NCBI GenBank assembly: GCA_051362555.1 | Contig: CM120647.1 | Location: forward strand, 16,778,651 to 16,842,650 | Length of the DNA stretch: 64,000 bases | Source of the DNA: Lingula anatina | Taxonomy: Eukaryota; Animalia; Brachiopoda | Direction of reading: 5' to 3' | Shown: positions 25,539-40,502 of the stretch, in pieces | How the letters are laid out: each line of letters begins with the position of its first letter | Numbering within the stretch: the first letter of the stretch is position 1 | Notes under the pieces: generated by a model | What the model was told of the DNA's origin: nothing | Databases searched by the model: none | The model's input: only the letters and a program-made list of their open reading frames with translations | Translations under genes and position numbers: made by a program

Positions 25539-26620
25539 ATGCGGTGTCGGTGGGTTCTCCTGATTGTGGTAGGTGTGCTGTGGATTGTGATCAACGTGTT
25601 GATAGGTGTGAAGAAAGAAGGATTAGATAAAGGTGAGCCTACTCTACCCATTGAGAATAATTGCAATAACAACAACAGCAATTATAATGATGGTGTCTAA
25701 TACAAATGTCAATTTACTCATGGCTACAATGTACATGGTAACTTAGGCAAATGTAATAATCTATTTACAGGAAACAGTTCGTGCATATAAAGGTTTCTAT
25801 GTGGATTTTTTCAGTCTTGCAGACAGAGACAAAGCCTAAAGGACCTGTTGCAAAGGGAAAAGGTATTGAAATCAACAACTTTACAATCGTCACAGGCGCG
25901 GATCACAGGTATTTTTCCCCGGCTCTCGTTAACCACGTGGGGTCATTCTGTTTCTGGGAACCAACTCTCAAAATCGTGGTGTGGGACCTCGGTTTGACCG
26001 CCAAAGAGGCGGAGACTGTGAAAAGCTGGTCCAGCGTGACGTATAGGAGGTTCCCCTTTGAAAGATACCCCCCTCACTTTCGCAACCTGAAAACGTACGC
26101 CTTCAAACCGGTCATTATTAAACAAATGGTCGAGGAACTGGGGACAGTGCTTTGGGTGGACGCCGGTAGCCACATTAGTGGAAGAATGAAAGAAATAATG
26201 ACTTCTGTCTTTCAAAATGATGGTTATGTTTATGCCAGCGCGTGGTCGGCGAATGGTGAGGTGACAAAATGGACACATCCCGGAATGTTTGCATATTTCA
26301 ATATTACTAAAGAACCCTACGTTGGAAAACTGTCGATCACTGGAAATTTAAACGGCTGGCTTAGACAAGGGGATATCTATGAGGAAATACTGGTTCCATG
26401 GGCAAATTGTGCGTTACACGAAAATTGTATCTCTCCCGTTGGATCCAGTTTGCAAAACCATAGATACGATCAAGCAGCCCTTTCGTTGTTGGGATACAGT
26501 TACATGTTTAGACATAACAAACCCTTACATCTTCGTACATATTTATTGGACATAGTTTTGGAATCGAGAGGAAGGAATCGCACCTATATCAGTTATGCAC
26601 ACGGATGTTATCTTACATGA
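25539..26620 (+). CDS. DUF1647-like protein, copy 4, type B; exons 25539-25632 + 25815-26620, ~299 aa
   Basis: Donor AAAG|gtgagc and acceptor ttttttcag|TC, phase 1. Intact frame. Confidence 0.85.
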
Positions 26621-28726
26621 ATAACATATGTATGTCAACATATAATCATTATAGTGAAAAGAAAAAAAATCTTTTAAATGGGTGATTTTCCTAAAATGAC
26701 GAAACTGTGATAGGGTTTTGTTTTTGACATATTTCCTCTTTTTCGAAAAGACACAAATTATTATTATCAAAGCACACATAGTGGTTGCAAAACGTAACGA
26801 CAACCTGATCCCCGCACCTTTCGAATGAAACATGCACTATATATCAATTTCATCTCACTTGAATATTTAAATGTATGAATGGCTTTTCATGATGTAAGTC
26901 CGATACGAGAGATGCCAAAGGCAGATCTAGAAGAGTGTGTTTTGGGGTACAAATCATACAACCCGCATATTATGTACGTCTGATATATGTGTTCATTGTA
27001 TTAAGATAATAAAACATACATGAATATATAGACTGGTTTCACAGTTACAATTCAGCAATAGTAAAGTGGTCTTCTTAACACTGCCATGTGTGCCGAACTT
27101 GTATATGAAATTCCCTCTTAATAGAAAAGAACAAGTTAAGCTAGGCTACAAAATAGGCAATAGCATTAGACACTTTAATCTTGCTGTACCTAAATGACCC
27201 GAGGATTCCAAGACTCGATCTCTCAGACCTGACCATTGTAAAAAGAAAAGCAGAGAACAGAAAGCACAGAAACAAGTAAAACACTCCGCAGTAGCTTATT
27301 ACGTGGCCCGGCCATAGTTTCATTGGTCACAAACCGTTTCCACATATTCTGAAGTCCCCAACCTCGCATTTCCGTCTTCTTCATTCTCTAAAGTAAATTT
27401 CTATACAGTCTTCTTATAAATAGATTAGTAGGCATTTGTCAAGCTATTTTGTGGAACTCACAGTGTTGTTAATCGCTCGTAATTACCGTGTAGATGGTTA
27501 AATATTTTTAATTAAGAGATACACAAGGAGGCCTCCAGGTGTCGTGAACGATATTAAACCTGATTGCATTATGAAATATTGAAGAGATGCCGGACACAAC
27601 GCTACGTCTGGGTCCTTGCACAAACCGTGATTCATCTTTAAGTATGAGCTTTATATTAATATAAGCAAGTTATCCAGAACTACATGTATATATAATTAAA
27701 GATACACCAAAAGATCTTTAGTTGATAGAATGCATTAATATTTTGCTGACTCTTTAGTATTCTTAAAAACTCACCGAGATGTCTTTACATATCAGTGAAA
27801 AAGAGCTATATTATATTTCATTCAAAAGATTACCTTTCTTGGCACAGAAACAGTGTCCTTTTTGCAGGACTGCGCATGCCCCAAGATCCAATCTTACCAG
27901 CATCATATTTAAAATCAAACAACAATCACAAACGTACTCGTAATTATTGGAAGATCAAGGTAAGAATGCCATATCTTTCTCGTATATCATTATCTTTAAC
28001 ACGTTCTGGAGGTAATTACATGGTGTAATGTTTTTTTCCCTTTTCATTTAATTACATAATTTTATCATTTATGTTTAAATGTAATTTGCGAGAAATTTGA
28101 AGAAAGAGAAGAAAGAGAAGAAGAAAATTTGAAGAAGAAGTTTTTTGATCGACTTTGTCACTGAATATTAAAAAAAGGGGTGGAGGTGGGGCTGAGAATA
28201 CACATACTTTACAATTTAGGTTCCTTACAAAATGTATAGACATGGTAAAATTTAATGTAGATGTAAAATTGAGACAGCCGTAGATTTTTGTTCTATACAC
28301 ATATACATGTCTGTTTTAAAAATGAATACAACTTCGAATTAATTCAATTTTCCTTTTTCGAGTATGTTTGATCTAATTCGAGCATGTGAAATGCACCTCT
28401 ATATTGCTTTTGGGTGTTATGTTAGAATAGTTACGCTACGTCCGACTAAATACCAGCAGATAGTTTGAAATAGGACAATTAAATTGTGAAGAGAGATACT
28501 GCGCTATGCAGTGGTGTCTCATATGCGATGTCTTGGTCATTTGTATGTCAACACAGGCATTACATAATGTCGGACATGATAAGGCGTCAAAGAACAAATC
28601 ATAGTCCCAAAACGACACCATCAGACATGTTTTCCATGCGCTCATGCTTACGAGTGTTAACCTCCCTTTTATTTCAAGGTTACAAAGGTTAGCTGAAAAT
28701 AGAACAAAAGCAACTGAATCATAAGA

Positions 28727-30624
28727 ATGCGGTGGGGTCTCCTGATTGTGGTAGGTGTTCTGTGGATTGTGATCAACGTGTTGATAGGTGTGAAGAAAGA
28801 AGTATTTGATAAAGGTAAGCCTACTCTACCCATTGTGAATAATAGCGATAACAACAACAACAACAATAATTATGATGACAATGCCACCCCTCCCTTATTA
28901 CCAGTGGTGTTCTATGCTAATATATATATACTTTTCCCCACTTGGAGATCAGCAAATTAGCCAGTACCCTTACGAAAATTTCCTATAGGATCCTATAGGA
29001 TTCCTTTAGGATCCTATATGAAATCTTATAGGATCCTATAGGGCACCTTTCCTATAGGATTTCCTATAGGATCCTATAAGAAATTGTTGTAAGTTAAAAT
29101 CTTGAGAAATATGCATATCTTATAAACAAATATCATTCTATACAATAGATATTTGATATAGGTCAATTTTATCAGTTGAATTGTCAATTCTATATCACTA
29201 TTAAAGCAAAAATGCTTTATATTGTTTATAATGCACAATCTTCTTCTATAGGATTCTATAGAAATTCTTTAATTTCTATTTTAAAGAAATCTTGAAAAAA
29301 TTGAACATTTGTAAAGCAATCTTTTATGGAGAAATATTTTATCATGAGGAATGTTTTTGTACCAAATCATTGAAGCTGAAATTATCTTTTTAAATTGTTC
29401 AGACCATTTCAAAAATTCCTATAGGATCCTATAGGAAATCCTTTGCTAATTCATATAGGGAATTTTTATAAAGGCGGGTTGAATGAAAAAAAATTAATCT
29501 GGTCCAAATATCAGTATATAATTTTAATTTTTAATTTATGTTCAGACCATTACAAAAATTCCTATAGGATCCTATAGGAAATCTTACAGGAATTTTGATA
29601 GGAACCTTTAGGGAATCCTATGCTAATTCATACAGGGAATTTTTATAAGGCCGGGTTGAATGAAAAAAAAAAAAAAGAATCTGGTTATACATACAAAATA
29701 ATTTTTTGTTTCTGTAATACCATTGTCTACTAAATGTGTACGCGTAACTTAGGCAAATCTAATAATCTGTTGGTACATATGCGTTATGTAAAATAATGTT
29801 TCCATATGGCTTTTTCAGACTTGCAGACAGAGACAAAGCCTAAAGGACCTATTGCAAGGGGTAAACTTATTGAAATCAACAACTTAACAATTGTCACAGG
29901 CGCAAACCACAAGTATTTTTCCCCGGCTCTCGTTAACCAAGTCAGGTCATTCTGTTTCTGGGAACCAACTCTCAAAATCGTGGTGTGGGACCTCGGTTTG
30001 ACCGCCAAAGAGGCGGAGACTGTGAAATGCTGGTCCAGCGTGACGTATAGGAGGTTCCCTCTTGAAAGGCACCCCCCTCACTTTCGCAACCTGCACACGT
30101 ACGCCTTCAAACCGGTCATTATTAAACAAATGGTAGATGAATTTGGGGCAGTGCTTTGAGTGGACGCCGGCAGCCACATCAGTGGAAGAATGAAAGAAAT
30201 AATGACTTCTGTCTTTCAAAATGATGGTTATGTTTATGCCAGCGCGTGGTCGGCGAATGGTGAGGTGACAAAATGGACACATCCTGGAATGTTTGCATAT
30301 TTCAATATTACCAAAGAACTCTATGTTGGAAAACAGACGATCGTGGGGTGTTTAAACGGCTGGTTTAGACAAGGGGATATCTATGATGAAATACTGGTTC
30401 CATGGGCAAATTGTGCGTTACACGAAAATTGTATCTCTCCCGTTGGATCCAGTTTGCAAAACCATAGATACGACCAAGCAGCCCTTTCGTTGTTGGGATA
30501 CAGTTACATGTTTAGACATAACAAAACCTTACATCTTCGTACATATTTATTGGACATAGTTTTGGAATCGAGAGGAGGGAATCGCACCTATATCAATTAT
30601 GCACACGGATGTTATCTTACGTGA
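28727..30624 (+). pseudogene. DUF1647-like copy 5 with a premature stop; exons 28727-28814 + 29819-30624
   Basis: Splice sites are intact, but TGG>TGA at 30157-30159 hits the conserved LWVDAG motif. It also carries private substitutions (HVGS>QVRS, FERY>LERH). Confidence 0.8.
28967..29687. mobile_element. Intronic insertion with TIR-like ends and CCTATAGGAT sub-repeats
   Basis: Left end ccttacgaaaatttcctatagg versus right end tacagggaatttttataagg. It contains many palindromic cctataggatcctatagg units, and the right end is tandemly duplicated. It is absent from the copy 2 intron (gccagtac|atacgag). Confidence 0.7.
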
Positions 30625-32361
30625 AAGGCATAAGTATGGCAACAAATAATTATTCTAGTGAAACGAAAAAAGTCCTGTATTTTCCTGTTTGTTTTTTCCT
30701 TTATGTTTTATTAATTACGGATTTTTTTTCCTTTTGTTTGCTTCATTTTATCTGATTGACACAATTCTGTTAAGGGCAAGTGTCAGGGGTATGTCACTCC
30801 AATATCATCGGGTGTGCCATTGAGGCAAAAATTCCTATGGGGTCACAGTGACCATGTGTAAAGTTAAATCAGTTACATCAAACGGAGTAGAGGATGGCGT
30901 GACTCCATTGGAGTCAACTTGACTGCAATGGGGAGTTTTTTTTATAAAATTTTTGTAACTTTAGATAACATAACTGGGTCAAAATAATCATTCTTGTGAG
31001 AAAATAAAAATGATAATTTTATATGACATAATCTTGGTGATATCAATTTTAAGCAATTCTTTAAGGCGGATACACGTGCAGAAGTTCCATTTTGCAAATG
31101 TATCGCCTTTATATTATCTTTGGTATGTTACGCTAGACATTTATTGAGGGCCAATTTTCAATATAATATAATATAATATAATATAATATAATATAATATA
31201 ATATAATATAATATAATATAATATAATATAATATAATAATTGGAATGATTTTCTGATGATGTTATGGGTTATATGTAAAGCCAATGCAGGGATGTTGTTT
31301 TTAAGAACGTTGATAATTTTTGTTGTATCTGCATTTTATTCTTTCTTCCACTATATATGAGCTGCTATTGCCCACGACACTCAAATCAGCACAGCTTGTA
31401 CGGGCTTTGGCACAAAGGAATGATCTTTTTCAAATCTTGTGGGTAGGTCGGGGCTACATATAGTGACGCTGGCATTTATTTGACGAAAATGATTTTATCG
31501 TCTATTTTGCAAAATTGAATCATCTATTTTTTCACTTACTGGTTGAATAAAGTGAGTTGCCTTTATGTTCTACCTATAAAACCGCTATTTGGGGATTAAA
31601 CACAGTGTAATGCTATGTGATTAACAATTCTCTGTTATAAGAATCTCATTATGTAGCGCATATTTTCTGGCACTGGATAGTTTTGTATTTGTCAAAACGT
31701 ACTTATCTACCGCGCATGTGAATGAAAAAAAAAAAAAAAAGACGAATCGAGGCACCGACCTGAATTTGCTGGTCCCTGGGAAGTCAAAACATTATTTTCT
31801 TTTGTTCTTCGCTACTGATGCCACGCCTGCAAACACTTCTTGAAGGACATTTTTTACTAAATGGCTTCACCAGTCGTGCACTTTGAATATTTGTTATGCA
31901 CGCCTAGATTTGAAAAAAAAATGCTTACGTTTCAATAAAGAAAGATAAACTGTGAATTTGGTTTTGAGTTTTGTTTGGCTTTTGTGACAATAACTTGTTA
32001 CCTTACACACATCTCAAAAAGTTTGTTTTTATAACATTTTAGTTTTAACCTAAGGCGCTATGGGCGATAGCAACATGTACAAGAAAGTAGAACTTTATTG
32101 AATTTTAATGAAAACTTTTTTGATTCATAACAGTGTAAAAGTTTGTGACATTTCTATCCACAATAAAACTAGGCGCGGATGGAGGCCGTCTTCTGGTTCT
32201 AACGTAATATCCTCATTTGACAGCACAGTAGTTTTTTTCAATCACCAACTTACCAGTATTATACATATCGCATTTGACCGATTATTGCCAGATTCCCTAG
32301 TTGATTACCTCATGTTTTATGCCAAATAAGGGACGAAGCGTCGCGGTAGCCAATCACGTGC

Positions 32362-32531
32362 TCACACGTCATCAAGCCCCCAAAAGTAGGTGGAGCAAAG
32401 GCAATGCATGTAGAAAGCCCTGCAGTTCTTTACGCTAATGACAGTGCATTTCTACATGCACCAGTTGCCCCTGTATGGACTGCACTCATGTATAAACCGA
32501 GGTTCAGGTGCCGCAGGATTATCCTTTAGTA
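32362..32531 (-). pseudogene. Decayed copy of the D8C/D10C terminal exon
   Basis: Homologous to 40168-40395, with the adjacent (TG)n(AG)n. Confidence 0.8.
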
Positions 32532-32583
32532 CTAGGGAAGATATTGAAAATGTTCTCTCTCTCTCTGCCTTTCTTTCTCACAA

Positions 32584-32692
<109 letters not shown>

Positions 32693-32964
32693 GAGAGAGA
32701 AAGAGTTCTATTTTTCTTTTTATTTCCAGGTAGAAAAGATTAACCTAAAAAGAACAAAGACAATTAAAGTGTTAGAATTTGCTGAATAAACCAATATACA
32801 GTCTCTTTACAACAATACCTCACCTGGGATTGGGATTGTGAAAGATGTGACAACCTTTATATCCATACTCATTCCCTTATATTCCACTCCAGTCAAATAT
32901 TTACATAAAATATTAAAATACTATTGGGCTGAAACACATCCAAGTTTTGAATGCTACAATTTAC

Positions 32965-33003
<39 letters not shown>

Positions 33004-35389
33004 AGAGAGGGGGTAGTGAGACATCATTTTAACTTACAGACACACAAAATGTGCATGTCATTAAATGAAAAATCTGTGTGTGACTAAGTTGTTGCCTTTA
33101 TATTCTGTCGTTAGTAAATACGACACCGTTATAATCTTTCATATTATCTATTCCCAGTTGTTTCCCTCGCCGCTTTGTTTCCAGTTCTATCTCTACCTTA
33201 TTCTATCTCTAGCGGCCTTCTCCTTCGTTTACATGTCAATCAACTCAGTTCCTCTACAAGACACTCCTCGCTCCTTATTCACTCATGGCTGTCAATCACT
33301 AATGTTACATGGGATAGGGTTTTGTTTATAACATATTTCCTCTTTTTCGAAAAGATACAAATTATTACCAAAGAACACATAGTGATTACAAAATGTAGCG
33401 ACAACCTGATCCGAACCTTTCGAATGGAACATGCACTATATATCAATTTCATCTTACTTAAATATTTAAATGTATGAACAGCTTTTCATTATGTAAATCC
33501 GATACGACAGATGCCAAGGGTGTGTTTTGGGGGTGCCAATCATACAACCCGCATATTATGTACGTCTGATGTGTTCACTGTATTAAGATAATAAAACATA
33601 CATGAATATATAGACTGGTTTCACAGTAAGAATTAAGTAATAGGGAACGGGTCTTCTCAACACTGCCATGTGTGCCGAACTTGTATATGACATTCCCTCT
33701 TAAGAGAAAAGAACAAGTTGCTAGGCTACAAAATAGGCAATGGCATATGACATTTTAAACTTGCTGTACCTAAACGCGACCCGATGATTCCAAGACTTGA
33801 TCTCTCAGACTTGACAACATTGTATTGCACAGAGAAAAGCAGAGAGCAGAAAGCACAGAGACAAGCACTCCACTGTAGGTAATTATGTCGACCGGCCATA
33901 GTTTTATTGGTCACAAACCGTTTCCACATATTCTGAAGTCCCCAACCTTGCAACTCCGTCTTCTCCATCCTCTAGTGTAAACTTCTATACAGTCTTCTTA
34001 TGAATATATTAGTAGGCATTTGTCAAGGTATTTTGTGGAACTCACAGTGTTCTTAATCGCTCGTAATTACCGGGTAGATGGTCAATTATTTTTAATTTTA
34101 ATTAATTTAATCTCTTAAAAGAGATACACATGGGGGCCTCCAGGTGTCGTGAACGATATTAAACCTGACTGCATTATAAAATACTGAAGACCTGCCGGAC
34201 GCGACGCTAAGGCTGGGTCTTTGCACAAATCGTGAATCATCTTCAAGTATGAGCTTTATATTAATATAAGCAAGTTATCCAGAACTATATATAATTAAAA
34301 ATACACCAAAAGATCTTTAGTTGATAGAATGCATAAATCTTTTGCTGATTCTTTATTATTCTTAAGAGGCCGGCTTGTTTATGTTTAAAAACTCACCGAG
34401 ATGTCTTTTCATATCAGTGAAAAAGTGCTATATTATATTTCATTTAAAAGATTACCTTTCTTGGCACAGAAACAGTGTCGTTTTTGCAGGACTGCGCATG
34501 CCCCAAGCTCCAATCTTACCCGCATCATATTTAAAATCAAACAGCAATCACAAACATACTTGTAATCATTGGAAGATCAAGGTAAGATTGCTATATCTTT
34601 CTCGTATATCATTATCTTTAACATGTTTTTTCGTAGCAACATGCACACTGCCGTTCTGGAGGTAATTACATGGTGCAATGTTTTTTTTTTCTTTTCATTA
34701 AATTATATAATTTTATCATTTATGTTTTAATGTAATTTGCGAGAAATTTGAAGAAGGAAAAATCATATATGAGGCGTGTATGTATGTAGTTTTTTTTTTT
34801 TGATCGACTTTGTCACTGAATATTAAAAAAGGGGTGGGGGTGGGCCTGAAAATACACATGCTTTACAATTTAGGTTCCTTACAAAATGTATAGATACGGT
34901 AAAAATTTAATGTAGATGTAAAATTGAGACAGCCGTGTTTTTTTTGTTCTATTCACCTATACATGTATGTTTTAAAAACGTATACAACTTCGGATTAATT
35001 CAATTTTCCTTTTCGAACATGTTCGAGCTAATTCGAGCATGTGAAATGCACCTCTATATTGGGTTTGGATGTTATGTCAGATTAGTGCTGCTTCGACCGA
35101 GCAAATACCAGCAAATACCAGTAAATATTGATTAGAGATATTGTGTGAAGCAGTGCTGTCTCATATGCGTAGCAATCCATCATGTCTTGGTCATATTTAA
35201 GTCAACAGAGGTGTTATGTCGGACATGACAAAGTATCAAGCAACAAATCCTAGTCCCAAAAGAGGTGCCACCGGACATTTTTCCATGTACTCAGGTTATA
35301 GGCTATATGCTTACTTGCATTCTGTCTTCCTTTTATTTCAAGGTTACAAAGATTAGCTGAAACGGAACAAAACCAACTGAATCATAAGA

Positions 35390-38269
35390 ATGCGGTGTCA
35401 GTGGGTTCTCCTGATTGTGGTAGGTGTGCCGTGGATTGTGCACAACGGGGTGATAGGTGTGAAGAAAAAGGTATTAGATAAAGGTAAGCCTACTCTACCC
35501 ATTGCGAATAATAGCAATAACAACAACAAAAACAAAAATAATAATGACGATGATGATAATGCCACCCCCTCCCTCTCTCCCCTATCGCCATGCAGTGGTG
35601 TAATATACAACATTGGTCAAAAAGGTTGTCTCACCCCCATTTCCATGTACTTTTATTTACAAATGATCACCTCACAGATGTAATTTGTTATAAACGGTGC
35701 CTTTTATTCCAGATACCATTTCTAACACGATTAATGGTTTAAAAAAATACAAAACAGTGGTGAAAATATGTACATTTATACCATTTAGTCAAATTTATAA
35801 CAGGTACCCCCTCAAATCCAATGTTTCACTGTGATTTCTACAGATGTAAAGAAATGTCTATTAAATTGAAAAGACGCCACCAAATGTCACCAAATTTACA
35901 CACAATTAGCATTAGGGTGTACTCATTAAAGGTCACGTGCCTAATAGCGAGTGCGACTACCGTGTACTGCAATTATCTCCTGTAGATAAGCGCGACAAGC
36001 CTTCAACACGGGTAACCATTCTGTTTGGTGGGATATTGTCCCATTCATATTAAAAAGCGAGACGGAATTGGTCTAGATTAGTTGGGAATTGGTTCTCCTC
36101 TGCAATGATCATTCCAATTAATGCCACAGGTGCTCAATAGGATAAATATTAGGACTCAAAGACTGTTGTCCCATCCTCAGAGCCTTGTGTTTCTGCAACA
36201 AATCGCTTGCCAGACGAGAACTTTGAGCTTGTGCGTTGTCACAATGAAGCCTGCAGCATCCCTGAAGTCACCTCTTGCAAATGTAGTTAGCTATCTGTTG
36301 AGAATGTTACAGTAAAATGCCCAAGTTACGTTTTGTTCCAAAAGGAACAATGTACTAATACCATGGGCTTGGAAAGTTCTCCAGATGCGGACTGATCTAA
36401 CACATCAGGCAATATTATCCTGCACACACCCTTCCAAGAGGCATTTTTCAACATGTCTGTGGACCCTCATTTGACCATCAATGGGATACAAGAAATAACT
36501 TGATTCTGCATCAAAACCGACTTCCTTCCAGTGATGGATTTCTACGTTCAGATGCTTGTGGGATCAATGAACGTAGCGTTCTTAGCTGATATCTCACTCA
36601 ATCTTCAAGAACTCAAGGCTTCATCATGACGGCAAACTTGCTCACACTTCTCGCCTGGCAAGTGATTTGTTGTAGAAACACAATGCTTTAAGGATGTACA
36701 CACCATCTTTGGTCCCTGATATTAACCTTACTAATCAACTGTGACATTAATTAGAGTGGGAATTGAAGAGGAGACCCAATTCCATAAAAGCGTGGACCAT
36801 CTCCCCCAAGTTGTTTAAGAAGAATGGGACAATATCCCACAAAACAGAACTGTTACCCGTGCTGAAGGCTTGTCGCGCCATCTACAGGAGATAATTGCAG
36901 TACGTGGTACACGTAGCCGCACTCGCTATTATGTACGTGACTTTTAACGAGCACACCTTAATGCTAATTGTGTGTAAATTTGGTGACATTTGATGGCCTC
37001 TTTTTAATTTAATAGACATTTATTTACATCTGTTGAAATCACAGTGAAATATTGGATTTGAAGGGGTACCTGTTATAAGTTTTACTTAGTGGTATAAAAT
37101 TTGTATACTTTCACCACTATTTTAAATTTTTTGAACCCTTAATCGTGTTAGACACGGTATCTGGAATACAAAGCACTTTTTCTAACAATTTACAGCTGTA
37201 AATTGATCATTTGTAAATAAAAGTACATGGAAATGGGGTGGGACAACCTTTTTGACCAATGTTGTACTGTATATACACTTTCCCCCATATGGTGATCTGC
37301 AAATTAGCCGGTACATACGAGATACTTTTTGTTTCTCTAATACCAATGTATAGCTCTTGTGTACACGCAACTTAGGCAAATCTAATAATCTGTTTAGAGG
37401 TAACAGTTGGCACATATACGTCATGTAAAATAAGGTACCCATGTGGATTTTTTTCAGACTTGCAGAGAGAGACAAAGCCTAAAGGACCTGTTGCAAGGGG
37501 TAAACTTATTGAAATCAACAACTTTACAATTGTCACAGGCGCAAATCACAATTATTTTTCCCCGGCTGTCGTTAACCACGTCGGGTCATTCTGTTTCTGG
37601 GAACCAACTCTCAAAATCGTGGTGTGGGACCTCGGTTTGACTGCCAAAGAGGCGGAGACTGTGAAAAGCTGGTCCAGCGTGACGTATAGGAGGTTCCCCT
37701 TTGAAAGGTACCCCCCTCACTTTCGCAACCTGCACACGTACGCCTTCAAACCGGTCATTATTAAACAAATGGTCGATGAACTGGGGACAGTGCTTTGGGT
37801 GGACGCCGGTAGCCACATTAGTGGAAGAATGAAAGAAATAATAATTTCTCTCTTTCAAAAAGATGGTTATGTTTATTCCGGCTTACGTGGAAATGGTGCG
37901 GTGACAAAATTAGCTCATCCTGGAATGTTCACATATTTCAACATCACAATAGGACCCTACGTTGGAAAGGGGTCTATCAGTGGGAATTTAAACGGCTGGC
38001 TTAGACAAGGGGATATCTATGAGGAAATACTGGTTCCATGGGCAAATTGTGCGTTACACGAAAATTGTATCTCTCCAGTTGGATCCAGTTTGGGAAACAA
38101 TAGATACGATCAAACAGCCCTTTCGTTGTTGGGATACAGTTACATGTTTAGACATAACAAAACCTTACATCTTCGTACATATTTATTAGATATTGTTAAT
38201 CCACCTAGAGGACACAATCGAGCCTATATAAATTATGCACAGGGATGTAATATTTCGTGGATAACGTAA
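35390..38269 (+). CDS. DUF1647-like protein, copy 6, type A; exons 35390-35483 + 37458-38269, ~301 aa
   Basis: Same splice model as copy 1. An extra T in the polypyrimidine tract breaks the unspliced MWIFS start but not the spliced frame, which supports the intron. Confidence 0.85.
35606..37269. mobile_element. Palindromic Tc1 fold-back element in the intron of copy 6
   Basis: Near-identical to 910-2574 and at the same insertion site. Confidence 0.8.
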
Positions 38270-38467
38270 CTGGGTCAACATGATCATTCTAGTGGGAAAA
38301 ATATTGGAAACATTTTAATTGATGTAATCTTGGTGAGATGAGTTTTAAAGCAATTCTTTAAGATGGATACACTCACAGAGGTTCAATATTACAAATGTAT
38401 TGGCTTTTTACAATACTTGCTTTCCTACGCTAGACACTTATCAAGGGCCGATTTTCAATTTAAATAT

Positions 38468-38933
38468 ATATATGGGGACAAAAGTATTGCACAATTTTTC
38501 TTCAAGGGGAACAAAAGATGCAAAGTGCGCGACCACTGCAAAGCTTATATCCTGCACGGCTCAAACCTCCTAAGCATTGACAGTATAAAAAGGCACCCTG
38601 TGTCGTCTCTGGTTTTAGTCTTCCTTAGGCGGCCACTTGGTGTAACTTATGGGCATCACCAGTTTTCTCCATCCTTCTGCAAACCCTATACACAGTCTGA
38701 CGAGATACACCATATCTGTCAGTATCTGGGTAACACTGATGCCCTCCTCCCTCAGAGAAACAATTTCATATCTTTCTCCATTTGTGAGCTCCCGTCCCTT
38801 CACCATGATGGCAACATTAAAGCTATAAAGACTTACCTTCAGAGGCACCCTTTTATAGTATAGCTCATCACTGGTAAATCGAGCAATAAACGTTGAACTG
38901 ACGCCCCCCCCCCCCCCCCCCCCGTGTCACATA
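38468..38933 (-). mobile_element. Internally deleted copy of the Tc1 remnant
   Basis: Matches 3772-3822 joined to ~4668-5072. It retains MVKGRELTNGER. Confidence 0.8.
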
Positions 38934-39144
38934 GAGCTTTATATCACTATAAGAAAGTTATCCATATATATAATTAAAAATATATATATATAATTAAAAA
39001 TACACCAAAAAATCTTTAGTTGATAGAATGCATAAATCTTTTGCTGACTCTTTACAATTCTTAAGAGGCCGGCTTGTTTATGTTTAAAAACTCCCTGAGA
39101 GGTCTTTGTACATCAGTGAAAAAGTACTATATTATATTTTATGA

Positions 39145-39445
39145 GGAAAACAGTCGACCAAGGGAGTTTAAACGGCTGGCTTAGACAAGGGGATATCTTC
39201 GGGAAATACTGGTTCCATGGGCAAAGTGTGCGTTACACGAAAATTGTATCTCTCCCGTTGGATCCAGTTTTCAAAACCATCGATACGATCAAGCATCCCT
39301 TTCGTTTTTGGGATACAGTTATATGTTCAGACATAACAAAACCTTACATTTTCATTTTCATACATATTTATTGGACATAGTTTTGGAATTGAGAGGAAGG
39401 AATCACACCTATATCAATTATGCTCACGGATGTTATCTTACGTGA
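39145..39445 (+). pseudogene. 3' fragment of a type-B DUF1647-like exon 2 (frameshifted)
   Basis: Same deletion junction as 5273-5574, plus a frameshift after QGDI. Confidence 0.85.
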
Positions 39446-40167
39446 ATGACATAACAGTGAAAAGAAAAAATTCTGTATTTTCCTATTTGTTTTTTCCTTT
39501 ATGTTTTATTGATTACGTTTTTTCCCCTTTAATTGTATTCTTTGTTTGCTGCATTTTATTTGATTGACACAATTATGTGAAGAGCAAGTGTCAGGGGTAT
39601 GTCACTCCAGTATCATCGGGTGTGCCATTGAGGCAAAAATTCCTATGGGGTCACAGTGACCATATATAAAGTTTAATCAGTTGCATCAAGTTTCTAAGAG
39701 CTAAATAATGTTTCTACATGTCTGCATTATATTCTTTCGTCCACTATGCCCTGCCCTTGCCACAATAATCTAATATACGCACATTACATATAGGAGCTAA
39801 GACAAGAGGCAATTGTCTGTTTTTCTTTTCTCGTGGGTTATGTGGTGTTTGTTCTTACATGTACAATTTATTACAGTAGTTTCATTTTTATGTGCCATGG
39901 GGGATATCAAGATATACAAGAAAATGGAATTTCATTTTTATTATTTGAACACTATTTGATGCAAAACATAAAGGTTGGTGGAACTTTTATCCACAACAAA
40001 ACATAACATCATGTCCTCATTTGACATCAAACAGTAGTTTTTCAATCACCAAAGTAACAATATTACACACAACGCATTTTTACCGATTACTGCTAGTTTC
40101 CCCTAATTGATGACGTCACGTTTTATGCCAAATAAGGGACGAAGCGTTGCGCTAGCCAGTCAGGTGC

Positions 40168-40459
40168 TCACACGTCATCAGTCCCGCAGTAGGCGGAGCA
40201 AAAGTAGGTGGAGCGAAGGTAATACACGTAGAAGTCCCCGCAGTTCTTGACGCTGATGATAGGGTCTTTCTGCATGCAGCAGTTGCCCCTGTATGAGCCG
40301 CATATGTTGCGTTCCACCACGCCTTCTTCCACGGTTGGCAAGGTTCCCTTCATCCATAGCGAGGCCCAGGTGCCGCAAGAGTATCCTTTGGGACACTAAG
40401 GAGACAAGGAAAATGATGGTTTACCAACTCTGTGTGTGTGTGTGTGTGCGTGTGTGTGC

Positions 40460-40502
<43 letters not shown>

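Noticed and set aside
28980-29080. Repeated CCTATAGGAT units as a CRISPR-like array
   Set aside because: No unique spacers, no cas genes and a eukaryotic context. They are subterminal repeats of an insertion.
30157-30159. In-frame TGA in copy 5 as possible selenocysteine or recoding
   Set aside because: It aligns to Trp (TGG) in all other copies, not Cys, and the copy has other damaging changes. A simple nonsense mutation is the better explanation.
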